Origin: Octopus sinensis
Lineage: Eukaryota
Direction: 5' to 3'
Length of the DNA: 64,000 nucleotides
Assembly: GCF_006345805.1 (NCBI RefSeq)
Contig: NC_043004.1
Span: forward strand, 102,796,001-102,860,000
This document shows positions 1-12,245 of this stretch, in pieces. The notes under the pieces are model-generated. The model saw only the letters and a program-made list of their open reading frames with translations. It was not told where the DNA came from and did no database searches. Positions within the stretch are counted from its first letter, which is position 1, and every line of letters starts with the position of its first letter. Position numbers and translations under genes: made by a program.

Positions 1-130
1 AGATGGGAGACTGGTATGCATGGGCGATTGCTGGTCTTCCACAAACAATCCTGCCTGGACTTGTGCCTCGGAGAAGAACTTTCTAGGTGCAATCCCATGG
101 TCATTCATGACTGAAGTGGGTCTTTACCCT
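1..130 (+). mobile_element. 3' part of a tRNA-derived SINE (same family as 7571-7910), cut by the window edge
   Basis: catgggcgattgctggtcttcc...gacttgtgcctc...ctaggtgcaatcccatggtca matches 7799-7885. Confidence 0.75.
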
Positions 131-613
131 TTAAATGTAACAGCCAAATCTCTTACAAACAGCACCTTACAAAATAACACATTGCATAAAGAAAAGACAC
201 ATTAGACAATGTGGTGCCTTTTTTGCTTTGCTTCTTTTTTTTTTATACCACTCAGAAATAGAAGGGTAGCATTCATGACCTTTTTTTTTCCAGGACTTCT
301 AAGATAGGTGAGAGAAAGAAAGTTATCCTCAAATTGGAGACCTAACCTGAATGCTTGCAACATTGAGAGCTCTACTAAAGGCACCCAAGGACCAGGTAAT
401 GGTATTAAACCAGATAATGGATCAAGTCTACCACCAAGAACTCACAGCCTTGAAAACAAAATGGACATAGCAGAAATAACTTTGATAAGCCTGCTCAATT
501 GGTGTTGTCAGAGGGCTAAACAACATTACAAAAGCAATGACGCCATCTACTGTGTAATTATACACATTTCTCTCACAGAAAATATATACCAGCTGCTTCC
601 ATTAACAATTTAA

Positions 614-832
614 CCCACTGAGCATTCAGATCATTCTGCCAAATGTAACACTTATTTATTCACGTTATTTGGAATTAATCATTCATTATCTCATAGCTTT
701 GATATTTCCATGTGATTTTATTTTTTTTAAATGACATTGTAGGGTAGATGTGAGAGGCTGGATCTCATCAGTCTTAACATAAAACAGGTAGAATGGTTGG
801 GCTGGATATGACCAGTTTTCAATGCTAAGGGG
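614..832. mobile_element. piggyBac-type MITE
   Basis: TTAA|CCC...GGG|TTAA ends, subterminal agcatt/aatgct; colinear with the copy at 61168-61388. Confidence 0.75.
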
Positions 833-1687
833 TTAAAACAACATCAGAGATTTCCAGACCATTAAGAAAGGCGCAAAAAAAAAATGTGGCTACTTAAGAA
901 AATGATGTGAGTCAGTTAACCAGAATGGAATGGATGATTACAACTACTACTAATATAAGTAACACAAACAACAGCTGTGATGACAATAACAATTGCTTCA
1001 CACGATTAATTTGAAAGAGTCTTGATTTTAATCTCAATCAAATGGTCTGGGAGTGATATAGATCAGAAATTTAGTAATTAGATTCCTACATTTTAAAAGA
1101 ATTCCTAAGCTCATCCTACTTACTATTTCTTGTTTGTGGCTTAGTCAGAGGGAGAAAGGCAAGGCTGGAAAATAAAAGAGAGGAAGTACTACAATTAAGA
1201 TATTCACAGACTAGAGACCTACCCTAAATACTCATAATACAAGAAACTCACTGAAGGTACCCACAAGTCAGGTAAGTGGTGGTGGTGGCAGTATTAATCT
1301 ATTCAACAGGTTATTGCACAGTTTCTGGTGACCAAATTTCACTCAAGGCTTTGGTCAATTTGAGGCTACAACTGAAAAAGACACTTGTCAAATATGACAC
1401 AGTGGGGTCAAACACATAATGACAGGATTCTAAAGTGAACCTCTTAACTACATGGCCATGTCCGAGTCTGTAGTATATATTCTAGCCATGATCATCCCAC
1501 AGTAAATTTACTACTACTACTACTGTTAGTTTTCTGTTGTTCCTTTTATGTAAGAGTTGCATGCCCCACTAATGTTAAGTCAATTTGGTCACATCTTCCT
1601 TTCCCATTCATTTCAATCTTCACCAATACACTGATGATGAAACATCTCAGATCACAGTTAATTATTATAATACTTCTTCAGATGATA

Positions 1688-1974
1688 CACATGGCAAGTG
1701 ACATTTACATCTTTGGCCTGTTTTCTCACTCTCAAAGAAATTATTTGAAATTCGAATTTCAAATAACATCAAATAGCATATTCACCAGGACTGTGTGTGT
1801 ATAACTTAGTCAAGAGTGATTAGTGTTTAGAAGTTGAAAGATATTTAAGGACTTTCTACCTTTATTGGTTATTTGGTATCAATGTAGTTACTGCCATATG
1901 AAGAAGGCTACACTGTTGTTCAGCTTCTTTGAGTGAGAAAACAGGCCAAAAATGTAAATGTCACTTGCCATGTG
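1688..1974. mobile_element. TA-flanked MITE (Tc1/mariner-like) with ~50-bp TIRs
   Basis: cacatggcaagtgacatttacatctttggcctgttttctcactc has a near-perfect reverse complement at ~1931-1974; TA on both sides. Confidence 0.75.
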
Positions 1975-2151
1975 TATATATGACATACAAAGTGTACCAA
2001 AAATTCTTTTATTTGACCTCCAATGTGCCTTGTTTGAGAACCACAAGCATAAAGGATGTCCTGTTGGCTCAACAACTATCATTTTATTCAGTGGATATTG
2101 TGTGTGTGTGTGTGTTTATATATATATATATATATACATACATACATATTA

Positions 2152-2600
2152 CCATCATCATTTAGCATCTGCTTTCCAAGTTGGCATAGGTCAGATGGTT
2201 TGACTGAAACTGGTAAGCTGGAAGACTGCACCAAGTTCCAATCTGATTTGACATGGTTTATACAGCTGGATACCCTTCCTAATGCCAACCATTCCAAGAG
2301 TGTAATGGGTGTTTTTTTACATGACACCAGCATCAGCCATGACTACAATTTCACTTGGCTTGACAGGTCTTCTCAAGCTCAGCATATCACCAAAGGTCCC
2401 AGTCACTTGTCACTACCTCTATGAGGCCCAAAGTTTGAAGGCTGCTTTTTACATGCTACTGACATGGGCGCCGGTTACATGACACTGGCATTGGCCATGA
2501 CTACGACTTCATTTGGCTTCTCGGGTCTTCAAGTACAGCATACATGTCATTGCCTTTGTGTGGTCGAACATTTAAACGTTATGCTTCACCACATCATCCA
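2152..2600 (-). mobile_element. RTE-type LINE 3' end/3'UTR with (GAT)n tail
   Basis: (cat)n followed by the ctggatNcccttcctaatgccaacca motif that recurs throughout the window; similar to 27133-27760. Confidence 0.7.
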
Positions 2601-2605
2601 ATAAT

Positions 2606-2922
2606 TCCTTGTCTTGCAAGTTGGTTACCTTGCCAGTGCTGGTGCCACATTAAAAGCATCCAGTCCACACTGTAACATGGTTGGTGCTTGAAAAGCATCC
2701 AGCTGTAAAATTCATGCCAAAACGAACCTCACCTGTGTTAGAGCCACGTAAAAAGCACCAAGTCCACTCTGTGGAGTGGTTGGTGCTAAGAAGGGCATCC
2801 AGCCGTAAAATCTCTGCCAAAACAGACACAGTAGCCTAGGGCAGATTTTCTACCTGACTGGCTCCTGTCAACCGTCCTTCCCATGCATGCATGAAAGACA
2901 GACATTAAATAATGATGATGAT
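2606..2922 (+). mobile_element. Element with RTE-like 3' tail, opposite orientation to 2152-2600
   Basis: gtggttggtgctaagaagggcatccagccgta ... gatgatgat tail; similar to 6462-6682. Confidence 0.65.
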
Positions 2923-5784
2923 ATATGTATTTAATTTCAATACTCTTGGAATAAATATACACTTCAAAGAAAAGACAACAGGTATTGCAGCCCTAAAACA
3001 TCATAATGCACACCTGCAAAATATCTAAATAAAAGTATTGATGTTAATGAGATCTTCTTTACAGAAATGAGGAAACAAATTACAAAACTGACAAACAATT
3101 GATGACTAAATAATCATGAAACTTATAAATACCAGACTAGAACAATATTTGTAAAAATATCAAGAGGCAAAACTGCACTCTCCAGAACACAATGTTTCTT
3201 CCAACAGACTCTTAGAGATGCCCGCTATAAGATTAAATAAAATGCCTTTTATTTAGTCTTGGAGCCAAAACAAACAGCTTTTACAGTTTTCTCCCAAACA
3301 GATGACATCTGTCAGTTCTTGTTCGAGAGTTTGATACTGGTAGGAAAATGTTGACAGGGAAGGAATTTCGGAGAATGAAATCGAAGGAAAATATTGAGCA
3401 AACTGTTTAAGGTAAGGTTTGGGGAGACAATAAAGACAAGACACTGAAATGAATAAGAAAAGGAAAATATGACCACAATAAGGAGAGGTAGGAGTATGAG
3501 GTGGGCTGAGACACAGTAAGTACATCACTTACTGCAGGGTCAGAGGAGTAGCAGTGAGTATAGGGGCAGTAGAAAAGACAGAAACACAACAAATGGACAA
3601 ACTAGAGTTAGTAAAAGTGAGAAAATTTTAAATGAGACGACATATTTTTAAATGTATCCTTGAATGTTTACATGTGTAACAGCTCCAGTCCCAAATGTAT
3701 GAGCAATGCTCTAGTGTAGGTCACACATTTTATATCATATATATATATTATATATAGCCAGACAATTAACATACTTCATTAATAAACCCAATCAGCTGTC
3801 AATTCAGTAAGTCCTAATTAATTTTCTTTATTACATTCACACACTTGTACACACTCTAATGAAAGTAGTTCTTGTCAACTTCCAAGGATGTATTTTAATG
3901 TTTTTCAGACAACAGTTTGTCTAAATTTACATTCTATGTTCCATGATGTTAAAAATATAAGGTTGATTTTAAAATTATTTTATGCTTCTGACTCCCACCA
4001 GAACAGGACAGCTGATCAATTCAAAAATAAGTGTTTTTTTAAATATTACCTTTATTTTTTACTAAGACCTGATTGTGTTTCATGGAAATTATACCACAAC
4101 CTCCCTCTTTGTGCCTAACCAAGCTGATTACAAAGTCTTCAGTTGGAACTTGTATTAATAATGCAAAATAATCATTATTTTCTTATCTAAATTCAATCAT
4201 CATCATCATTTTTATATTTATTTTGTTCATGTTAACATGTCTCGGAGAAAATTTCCCCAAATATCAATCCAATAACATCCTATCAGTGAGGTACAGAAGA
4301 GACAGAGAGAAGGGCTTATTAAAAGTAATTTGAACAAGATCTTTCACTAAAAATTCTCTGTGAATGATAACTAACTCTTAGAAACATCCTATGTAACAAG
4401 ATAGGGACACCAAAACTTGCACCAACTCTAATATCACTATGTAGCTGAGAGATATCTCTTTCTCTCTGCATGATAAAAATAATAATCCTTTCTAATTTAG
4501 GTACAAGGCCAGCAATTTTCAGAGGTTGGGGTTATTTGACTTTATTGACCCCAGTACCTGACTGGTATTTTATTTTATTGATCGTGAAAGGACACAAGCC
4601 AAACTTGATCATGGCAATATTTGAACCCAGAAGAAATACCACAAAGCATTTCTTTCAACACTGATAATTCTACTAATTCACCACCCTACAATATTAACAA
4701 AAGTAACAGCTAATTTATTACAGTTTAAGTCAAGGGAAGGTTTCAACTCAAAACTGAAAACTTACAAAACAACCGCAATGGTTGTCTGCTTACAGAAATT
4801 GAACTAAGCCAGCCCAAGGTACCTAATTAAAGTAACATGACTTGGGTCATTAAAATACAGTTTCTTCTTGAAGGTCATATCAAGGGTAATAATGACATGG
4901 AAACAGTTAAGCTATTCAGATAGTAGACCAACATACTAGTGATTCAACTAAACTATCTTTGGTGTTTGCTGGAAACTAACCTTAATGGTGATCACCAACG
5001 AGTACTAAAAACCTATCAAGTCATTCTAGTAATCTGTTCCTCATTGTTGACCTAGTCTGATAATTCTATCGATAACAAGCTTTGTAACAGATCTAATTTA
5101 ATAAACTATATGTGTAGGCATGGCTGTGTGGTTAAAAAGTTCACTTCACAGCCATGCAGCTTCAGGTTCAGTCCCACTATGAGCAGCTTAAGTGTCTTGT
5201 ATCATAATTCCCGTGCAACCAATACCCTGAGTGCCAATGTCTTGAGAGTGAATTTGGCACAACCATATATGCATCTTGGTATTTGTTTCCTACTACTTCG
5301 CAACCAGTGTTGGTTTGTTTGTGTCCCCAGAGTTAAGCAAGCTTAAAACAAGTACTTTCAGCCAAACTGATCAACTAAACCCTTCGAGACAATGCCCCAG
5401 CATGGTCACAGTCCAATGACTAAAACAAGGAAAAATGATAAAAGAATAATCAAGATATAGGTTATCAGTATTAACAAGGTTAGAGATTTCATTATATCTA
5501 ACTAAACACTATAGAACACAGTTGAGAAGGAGGTGGAGTTTTGCTATTGATAATCATGATTAATTTTCTAATCAGCTAAAATAATTGTCAAAAAGACAGT
5601 TTGTTGTTAGAGAATTAACAACAAATTGTCTTTGTAAAAAAACACAAAACAAAATGATTTCATTACTAATCCACTTTTAAGTCAGCAATACCAGCATATT
5701 AATGGCCATATTTATATCTTGCTATTGTTATAGCTAAGAAAAATAAGTAATGTATTTGAGTTTAAAGACAAAAATGAGTTTCTA

Positions 5785-6125
5785 ATTTGTTTCAGTCACA
5801 GGACTGCAGCCAGGCAGGGACACTGCCTTGAAGGGTTTAGTCAAACAAATCGCCTCTGATAGTTACTCTATCAATCTCTTTTCCTGAAAAAAAAACTAAC
5901 TTACAGGGATGCAAACAAACCAACATTAGTTGTTAAGCAGTGGTGGAGTACAAAGACACACACACATTTATACAATGGACTTCCAACGTTTGTCTACCAA
6001 ATTCACTCACAAGGCATTGGTAGGCCAAGTCTATAGTACAAGACACTTGTCCAAAGCGTTATGCAGTGGGGCTGAACCAGAAACCACATGGTTACAAAGC
6101 AAGCTCCTTAACCACACAGCCCTGC
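5785..6125 (-). mobile_element. Decayed tRNA-derived SINE (family A; reference copy 59730-60114)
   Basis: tgtttcagtca...ctaccaaattcactcacaaggc...agacacttgtccaa...aaccacacagc. Confidence 0.65.
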
Positions 6126-7570
6126 CAGTGCCTTATTTGGGAAATATAATAACTTACAAGGGGCTAAAATACCATTCCTCTGGTTCTTAAGTCAATATTT
6201 TAAACTATCAAATCTATCTTAAGAGAATAAAGATTGTTCAATATTTAAAAAGACAAGGGCAGCATATTAGAATTCTTGGAGTATCACATAAAAATGCCTT
6301 GTGGTATTTTGTTGTAGCACTTCATGTTCTAAATTCAAATCTGAGGTCAATTTTTACCTTTCATCCTCCTGAGGTTTCAATAAAGTTCCAGCCACACTCT
6401 CTAAATTGTGTCCATGTTAGACATCAGTATTTTCTTTCATATCCCTACTTAGTTGAAGGACCTTGTCTTGTGGGTACTTAGTGACCTCACCAGTGCTGGT
6501 GCCATGAATAAAAAGCACCCAGTACATTGTGAAGTAGTTGGCATTAGAAAAGACATCAGCTGTAGAAGCAATGGCAAAGCAGATATTGAAGCCTGGTGCA
6601 GCCCTGTTTGGTCAGTTCATGTTGAACTGTTCAACCCATATGCCAGCATGGAGAAAAGATGGTAAATGATGATGATGATGACTTCTGATCTTATCTTCAT
6701 CAGTTATTTCATTTCTCAATGTGTTACACAGTATTAAAAAGAATCTGAATAAGGAACTTTTCTTTCTAAACTGAGGCTTAACAGCATAGTAATCCATCAG
6801 GGCATTGACACACAAGGCTAATAGACAGAAGACAAAATAATCTTATTAACAACAATACATTTCAGACATTTAGACTCCGGCAACTTATTTTTACTGGATA
6901 TAGATGCAGAGCAGTCTATCAGCTTCCTTTAAAATACCAATATTGCCTTTTCAGCTAAACACCTAACCTATTTAGCTATCTCAAATTTGACAACATATTA
7001 GTTGAACAGATTGCAAGCTATATAGAAAAAACTCTAAGACAAAGTTCAATATGAACCAAAATTACAGATTGAAAATATCTTATTGAGTAAAAGGTGATAA
7101 AAATTATGTCAGAGATTAAAATGTCACTGATATCAAGATATCAAAAGCCAAGAATGGCTATCAAAGTTATATTTTACTAAAAAGCATTTTGTGTGAAGCA
7201 AAACACCAAAGATTATGAACAGCTGACAGGGAACTTGAGAACTTAGTGATGAACAGGTTCTGGAGTGATAAGACATTCAAGCTAGTTGACAAGTCCACCA
7301 CATAATCCTTAGGAAAGGATTTTGACTATATTTGTACACCCTATTTTGTCAAAGGCTAATATCAAATCACTAACATCAAATACAATCAGTTCTACCATGG
7401 AGACCGTTTCTGTGATATAAAAGAAAGTTATCATTGGATATAAATTAATGAAATTCCTATTAGGATCACTAGGGAAAGGTCAAAATTTAGATTGTTGTCC
7501 AAAGTAGTTGTTAATGATGCTTTAATTACATTAAAGGTGGTAGAAATTGGTGTTCTATAAAGCAATTGTT

Positions 7571-7910
7571 GAAGGCGTGTGGCTCAGTGGTTAGAGTGTC
7601 GAGCTTACGATCGTGAGGTTGTGAGCTCGAATCCCGGACCGGGCTGCGTGTTGTGTTCTTGAGCAAGACGCTTTATTTCACGTTGCTCCAGTTCACTCAG
7701 CTGTAAAAATGAATTGCGACGTCACAGGTGCCAAGCTGTATCGGCCCTTGCCTTTCCCTTGGACAACATCGGTGACGTGGAGAGGGGAGGCCGGGATGCA
7801 TGGGCGACTGCTGGTCTTCCATAAAACAACCTTGCTCAGACTTGTGCCTCAGAGGGTAACTCTCTAGGTGCAAACCCATGGTCAGTGTCTGACCGAAGGG
7901 GGTCACCACC
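7571..7910 (+). mobile_element. Full-length tRNA-derived SINE with 14-bp TSD
   Basis: A box TGGCTCAGTGG, B-box-like GCTCGAATCC; TSD ataaagcaattgtt at 7557-7570 and 7911-7924; CpGs retained. Confidence 0.9.
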
Positions 7911-8636
7911 ATAAAGCAATTGTTACCAAAGGATCTTACTTTTGGTTTATGGAAGTACACAGCTGTTAGCTTCCATGAAAGTAATATCTGCAAGCAGCTA
8001 TATGTCATTCAGTTGGGTGGCCACTTTTTAGATGCCATTTAAAGGGTGGAACAATGAGGATGGAACAGTGGAAACTTGTTTTTCATGAGACTGGAGATTA
8101 ATGCTGTCATTTAACACCAGATTAGTCTTTACTGAGCAGACCTATCATCAAAAGCGTTCTGGCCATGACCACACCACCTTTTGGTATGACTTTTGGAAAA
8201 GTAGAAAAGTATGAAGATCAACATGCCAGGGAAGATTGTATCATGTTCAAAGTTCAAATAAAGTAGGTTATTTACTAAAGCCATACAAGATAAAATTGGT
8301 TAGAAATTAAAAATTCTAAGACAACTGCAAGTAATGTTAGTGCCAACATATTTAAAATACAAAATCAGAATCAATAAGCAGTGAGAAAAAATATTAGTCA
8401 ACAACTAATATCATTTAAATTTTCAGCAAGGGAATTAACTCTGGGTATCTTTCTACACAATTTCGATATCATCAACTAATATTTTATTTTCTCTGTATAA
8501 TTTATTCCATTCTCATATATTCATGGTGTATAACATCCACCAATCTTTTGTTTACTGTGTAGATGACATCACAGAATTACTTAATTTTTAAATACTTCTA
8601 TATTTCTAGACCTACAGGACTTATTTGCTATTACTT

Positions 8637-11600
8637 TGGGGTAATTCCATTATAAATGCGGGACAGGCATGAAACCCACCATCTCAGATTTTCAACAAAT
8701 TTCAACCAGAAAAAGCACAAAATTTCAGGTCCCAACTCCCAATGCTTCAAAAGTTATGCTGATTTGAAATTTGGCCCAAATCATCCACTTTTAGACTAGC
8801 AGCAACTATCTTGAATTTCAATACTGCAACAAATAATGTAGTAATAACTTTCAATTCACATGGACTATTTTTATGAAAATTTGAACCTGACCATTTTTTG
8901 GGGTGCAGAATCGAAATTTGAAGAGAAAAGAGTGTATTTCTCAAGGTAAAGTGCTTGTTTTCTTGAATCAAAATGAAAACACTTCACCATATTCCCCCGA
9001 CACTGTTGTGTACTCAAAGCCAAATTCCCATAAGTGCCCAAATCCAACAGCTTTAAAACGTTTTGCACATAAACTGAACATAATCTTTTACTTGTGTGTG
9101 AAAAATCTCAATGGTACTCTCAAGACATGAAAAGTTACAAACCACAAAGTCGAGCCATTCATTTGATATTTTCCAACCACAATCATAGGAAACACAATGG
9201 TCAGAGGAAATTGTCACTTTCTGTTTTCTTCTTCAAATTTTGTTCTCACAATGGTCATATCAGTACAGCTGATTCTGGTGGTGGTGGTTCGAGTTGTGTT
9301 ATTGTCAGTTAATTATGTGTAAACATACATCCTGGTCAACATAATGTTTCTCTGTTATGAAGAGGGAAGCCACATTTGTGATTTTAATGACTTTTCTTCA
9401 ACTTGTCTATGTTTTGATCATCAGGGTATTGATACAACTGAACTCATCACTGTGTCACTGTCTGTTCAAGAATTTCTCGACCTTCTGACAGAGAAAAATT
9501 GACAAAATCATCTCACACATTGCTCATGCCCAGTCAACTTACTTGAAATACCTCAAAGAAACGATAGGGCCAAATGAGGCCATAGTTTTGGCAGACTTCA
9601 CTGAAAATAGTTCATATGTTGTGCAAGACAAAATCCAGAGATAGCACTGGAATAAGACCTAGTGCTCACTTCATCCTGTGGTTGTCTATTTTTCACAATC
9701 AAACTATGCTTCACAATTCTTCCATTTGCATCATTTCTGATGATCTTAATCATGATGTTGGTTTTGTTTACAAGGTTCTGAAGGAGACAACAAATTACAT
9801 TCAATTGAAGTCATTCATTATTTTTCAGATGGTTGTGCTGCTCAATATAAGAATTGCAAGCATTTCCTCAATCTTTGTCATCATCTCATAGATTTTTCAA
9901 TCAGTTGTGTGTAGAACTTTTTGCCACCAGCCATCGTAAGTCACCCTGTGATGGAATAGGAGGGACTGTGAAAAGATTGACAGCAAGAGCCAGCCTGCAG
10001 CAATCAACTGCTTCACAAACTCTGTGCGAAACTGAATTCTGTGAAAGTTCAATTCAAGGAATCACATTTGTCTACATTCCTTCAGCAGCAATAGACTTCA
10101 CCTGAAATGAACTGGCTGAAAGATTTGCTTTAGCAAAAACTATTCCAGGCAGCAGAAGTTACCACTAGTTTCCTCTAACTTCAGACCAACCAATCAAGAT
10201 GAAATGGGTATCAGATGAGAGTAATGCTCTTGAGTTTGACTTTCAGGGCAAACACATTCAATACAAACTTAATACAGATGATATCAAACTCTCTCAATAC
10301 CTTCTCTGCAGATATGATGAACAACACTGGGTTGGCATTGTTGTCCAGATAGATTGGGAAGCAAATAATGTGAAGGTGAAATTTATGCATCCATACCTTC
10401 CAAATCATTCATTCATCTCTGGTCAACAAGAGATGATTTATGCTGGGTACCACTGACACACATGGTTGTCAGAATTGAGCCTCCTCAACTGTCATCACTG
10501 CCTGAGTGACAGTACCATCTGACAAAAAATTACATCAAAATGATCAAGGATATGCTTTCCATTTGAATGTTTGTCATGTTGTTGTTTGTAAAAGGATTGC
10601 TGAGCCTTCTTTCAATTGAGTTTGAATTGAGACAAGGAAGCACAATCATTTCATTCTTCAAGTTTGACACTATTTTTCAACCCCTACTCTAGAAAGCAAG
10701 AGACATGTTCATGACTCACTTGAAGACACACTTTGATGAAATTTTTGAAGAAAGGACACATTTCTGTCAAATTCTCCCTGTCTCCCAAAAAAGACAGATT
10801 TTGTTTTTCATAAAAAGGGAAATTTTCCAAATTCCTTTGCTGCTATATTGTTACCCCAAATTAAAAAATTTGCTCTTTTTCAACCTGGTGAACACACATT
10901 TTTACTGACAAATGTGAATCCTTTTTAGAATTTGACTTTTCGTGGCTTGTTTCGGATGCATGTTGACTTTTTAAAGAAATAATTTTATCCATTGTGCGCA
11001 TTTCATAGATATGATGAGTGTTTGAGAATACAGTGCACTTCAGAACTTTGTTCAACAGATCATGAAAACTGGCAAGTTTTAAATTTCCATTGATTGTACA
11101 TAAATTTCAAGATCTAGTGCTCACCACAAAATGCTTTCATACTGCCTGAAAGTGAAAGTTGTTGCAATACTAGGCTGAAGATTTCAGACTAACTTTCAAG
11201 GCGCTGAATTGAAATAGCCAAGTGATGAGAAACTATTGAATCAAACAAACCCACTAATTTTCTTTCCTCGTGACTTTGTTTCACAAACAGCTGATCTGAA
11301 AATTTGTCTGATATGTGTGACTGAAAATTGTTTAAAACAAAAGAAGCTCCATATCTAGTGTAGTTTTCTTTTGACAGCCATTTTGCTGAAGGTGAATAGA
11401 CCAAAATATGGCAAAAATTCAAGCTCCTTTCAATGTTGCACCAACATGTTTTAGAAAATAATGGCTGCTCAGAAGTAACTGATGACAATATTTCTGAAAG
11501 AACAACACCATACAAAGCAAAATGTTTGAAAAAGACAACATGCAAACTTTACTGATACAAAGTACATGACATTATGTACCGAGTTTTATCATGGTATAAA

Positions 11601-12245
11601 CATTCCTGGAACTTGATTGTCTTTAACTGACAGGTCAAATGCAATCAATTTTCTGACACATTTGCTTTTGAGAAACATTCAATAATGATGCTTCTGAGAT
11701 GAATGATAATAACTTTTGATGTCTTGAGAGTACCATTGAGATTTTCACACACAAGTAAAAGATTATGTTTAGTTTATGAGCAAAAAGTTTCAAAGCTGTA
11801 GGATTTGGGCACTTCTGAGAATCTGGCTTTGAGCACACAGCAGTGTCAGGGGAAAAACAGTGAAGTGTTTTCATTTTTTTGATTCAAGAAAACAAACACT
11901 TAGCCATGAGAAATACACTTTTTTCTCTTCAAATTTTAAACCAGCACCCCAAAAAAATAGTCAGGTACAAATTTTCAGAAAAATAGTCCATGTGGATTGA
12001 AACTTATTACTACATTATTTGTTACAGCATTGAAATTCGAGATGGGCACTGCAAGCCTAAAAATAGGTGATTTGAGCCAAATTTCAAATCAGCATAACTT
12101 TTGAAGCATTGGGAGTTGGGGCTTGAAATTTTGCACTTTTTCTGTTTTTAATGATAGGAAGAACAGGTCAAAATTTGTTGAAAATCTGAGATGGTGGATT
12201 TCAAAATACCTTTTTTTTGTCCCTGGTTTACATGGAATCACCCTC
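8637..12245 (+). mobile_element. Decayed Sola2-like DNA transposon with ~500-bp TIRs
   Basis: 8638-9137 is the diverged reverse complement of ~11708-12245; ends GGGGTAATTCCAT / ATGGAATCACCCTC; internal transposase remnants; no clean TSD. Confidence 0.75.
9430..10566 (+). pseudogene. Sola2-type DDD transposase remnant (N-terminal part deleted, frameshifts and stops)
   Basis: Fragments LADFTENSSYVVQD, ISDDLNHD, FSDGCAAQYKN, FATSHRKSPCDGIGGTVKR, then YDEQHWVGIV...VKVKFMHP; family assignment from recalled Sola2 motifs. Confidence 0.7.

Noticed and set aside
1630-1650. ctgatgatgaaac hammerhead-like string
   Set aside because: No stem II or stem I; likely chance
7571-7645. tRNA-like sequence (also 47800-47876)
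   Set aside because: SINE heads: no proper acceptor stem or terminator, continuous with a SINE body and TSD
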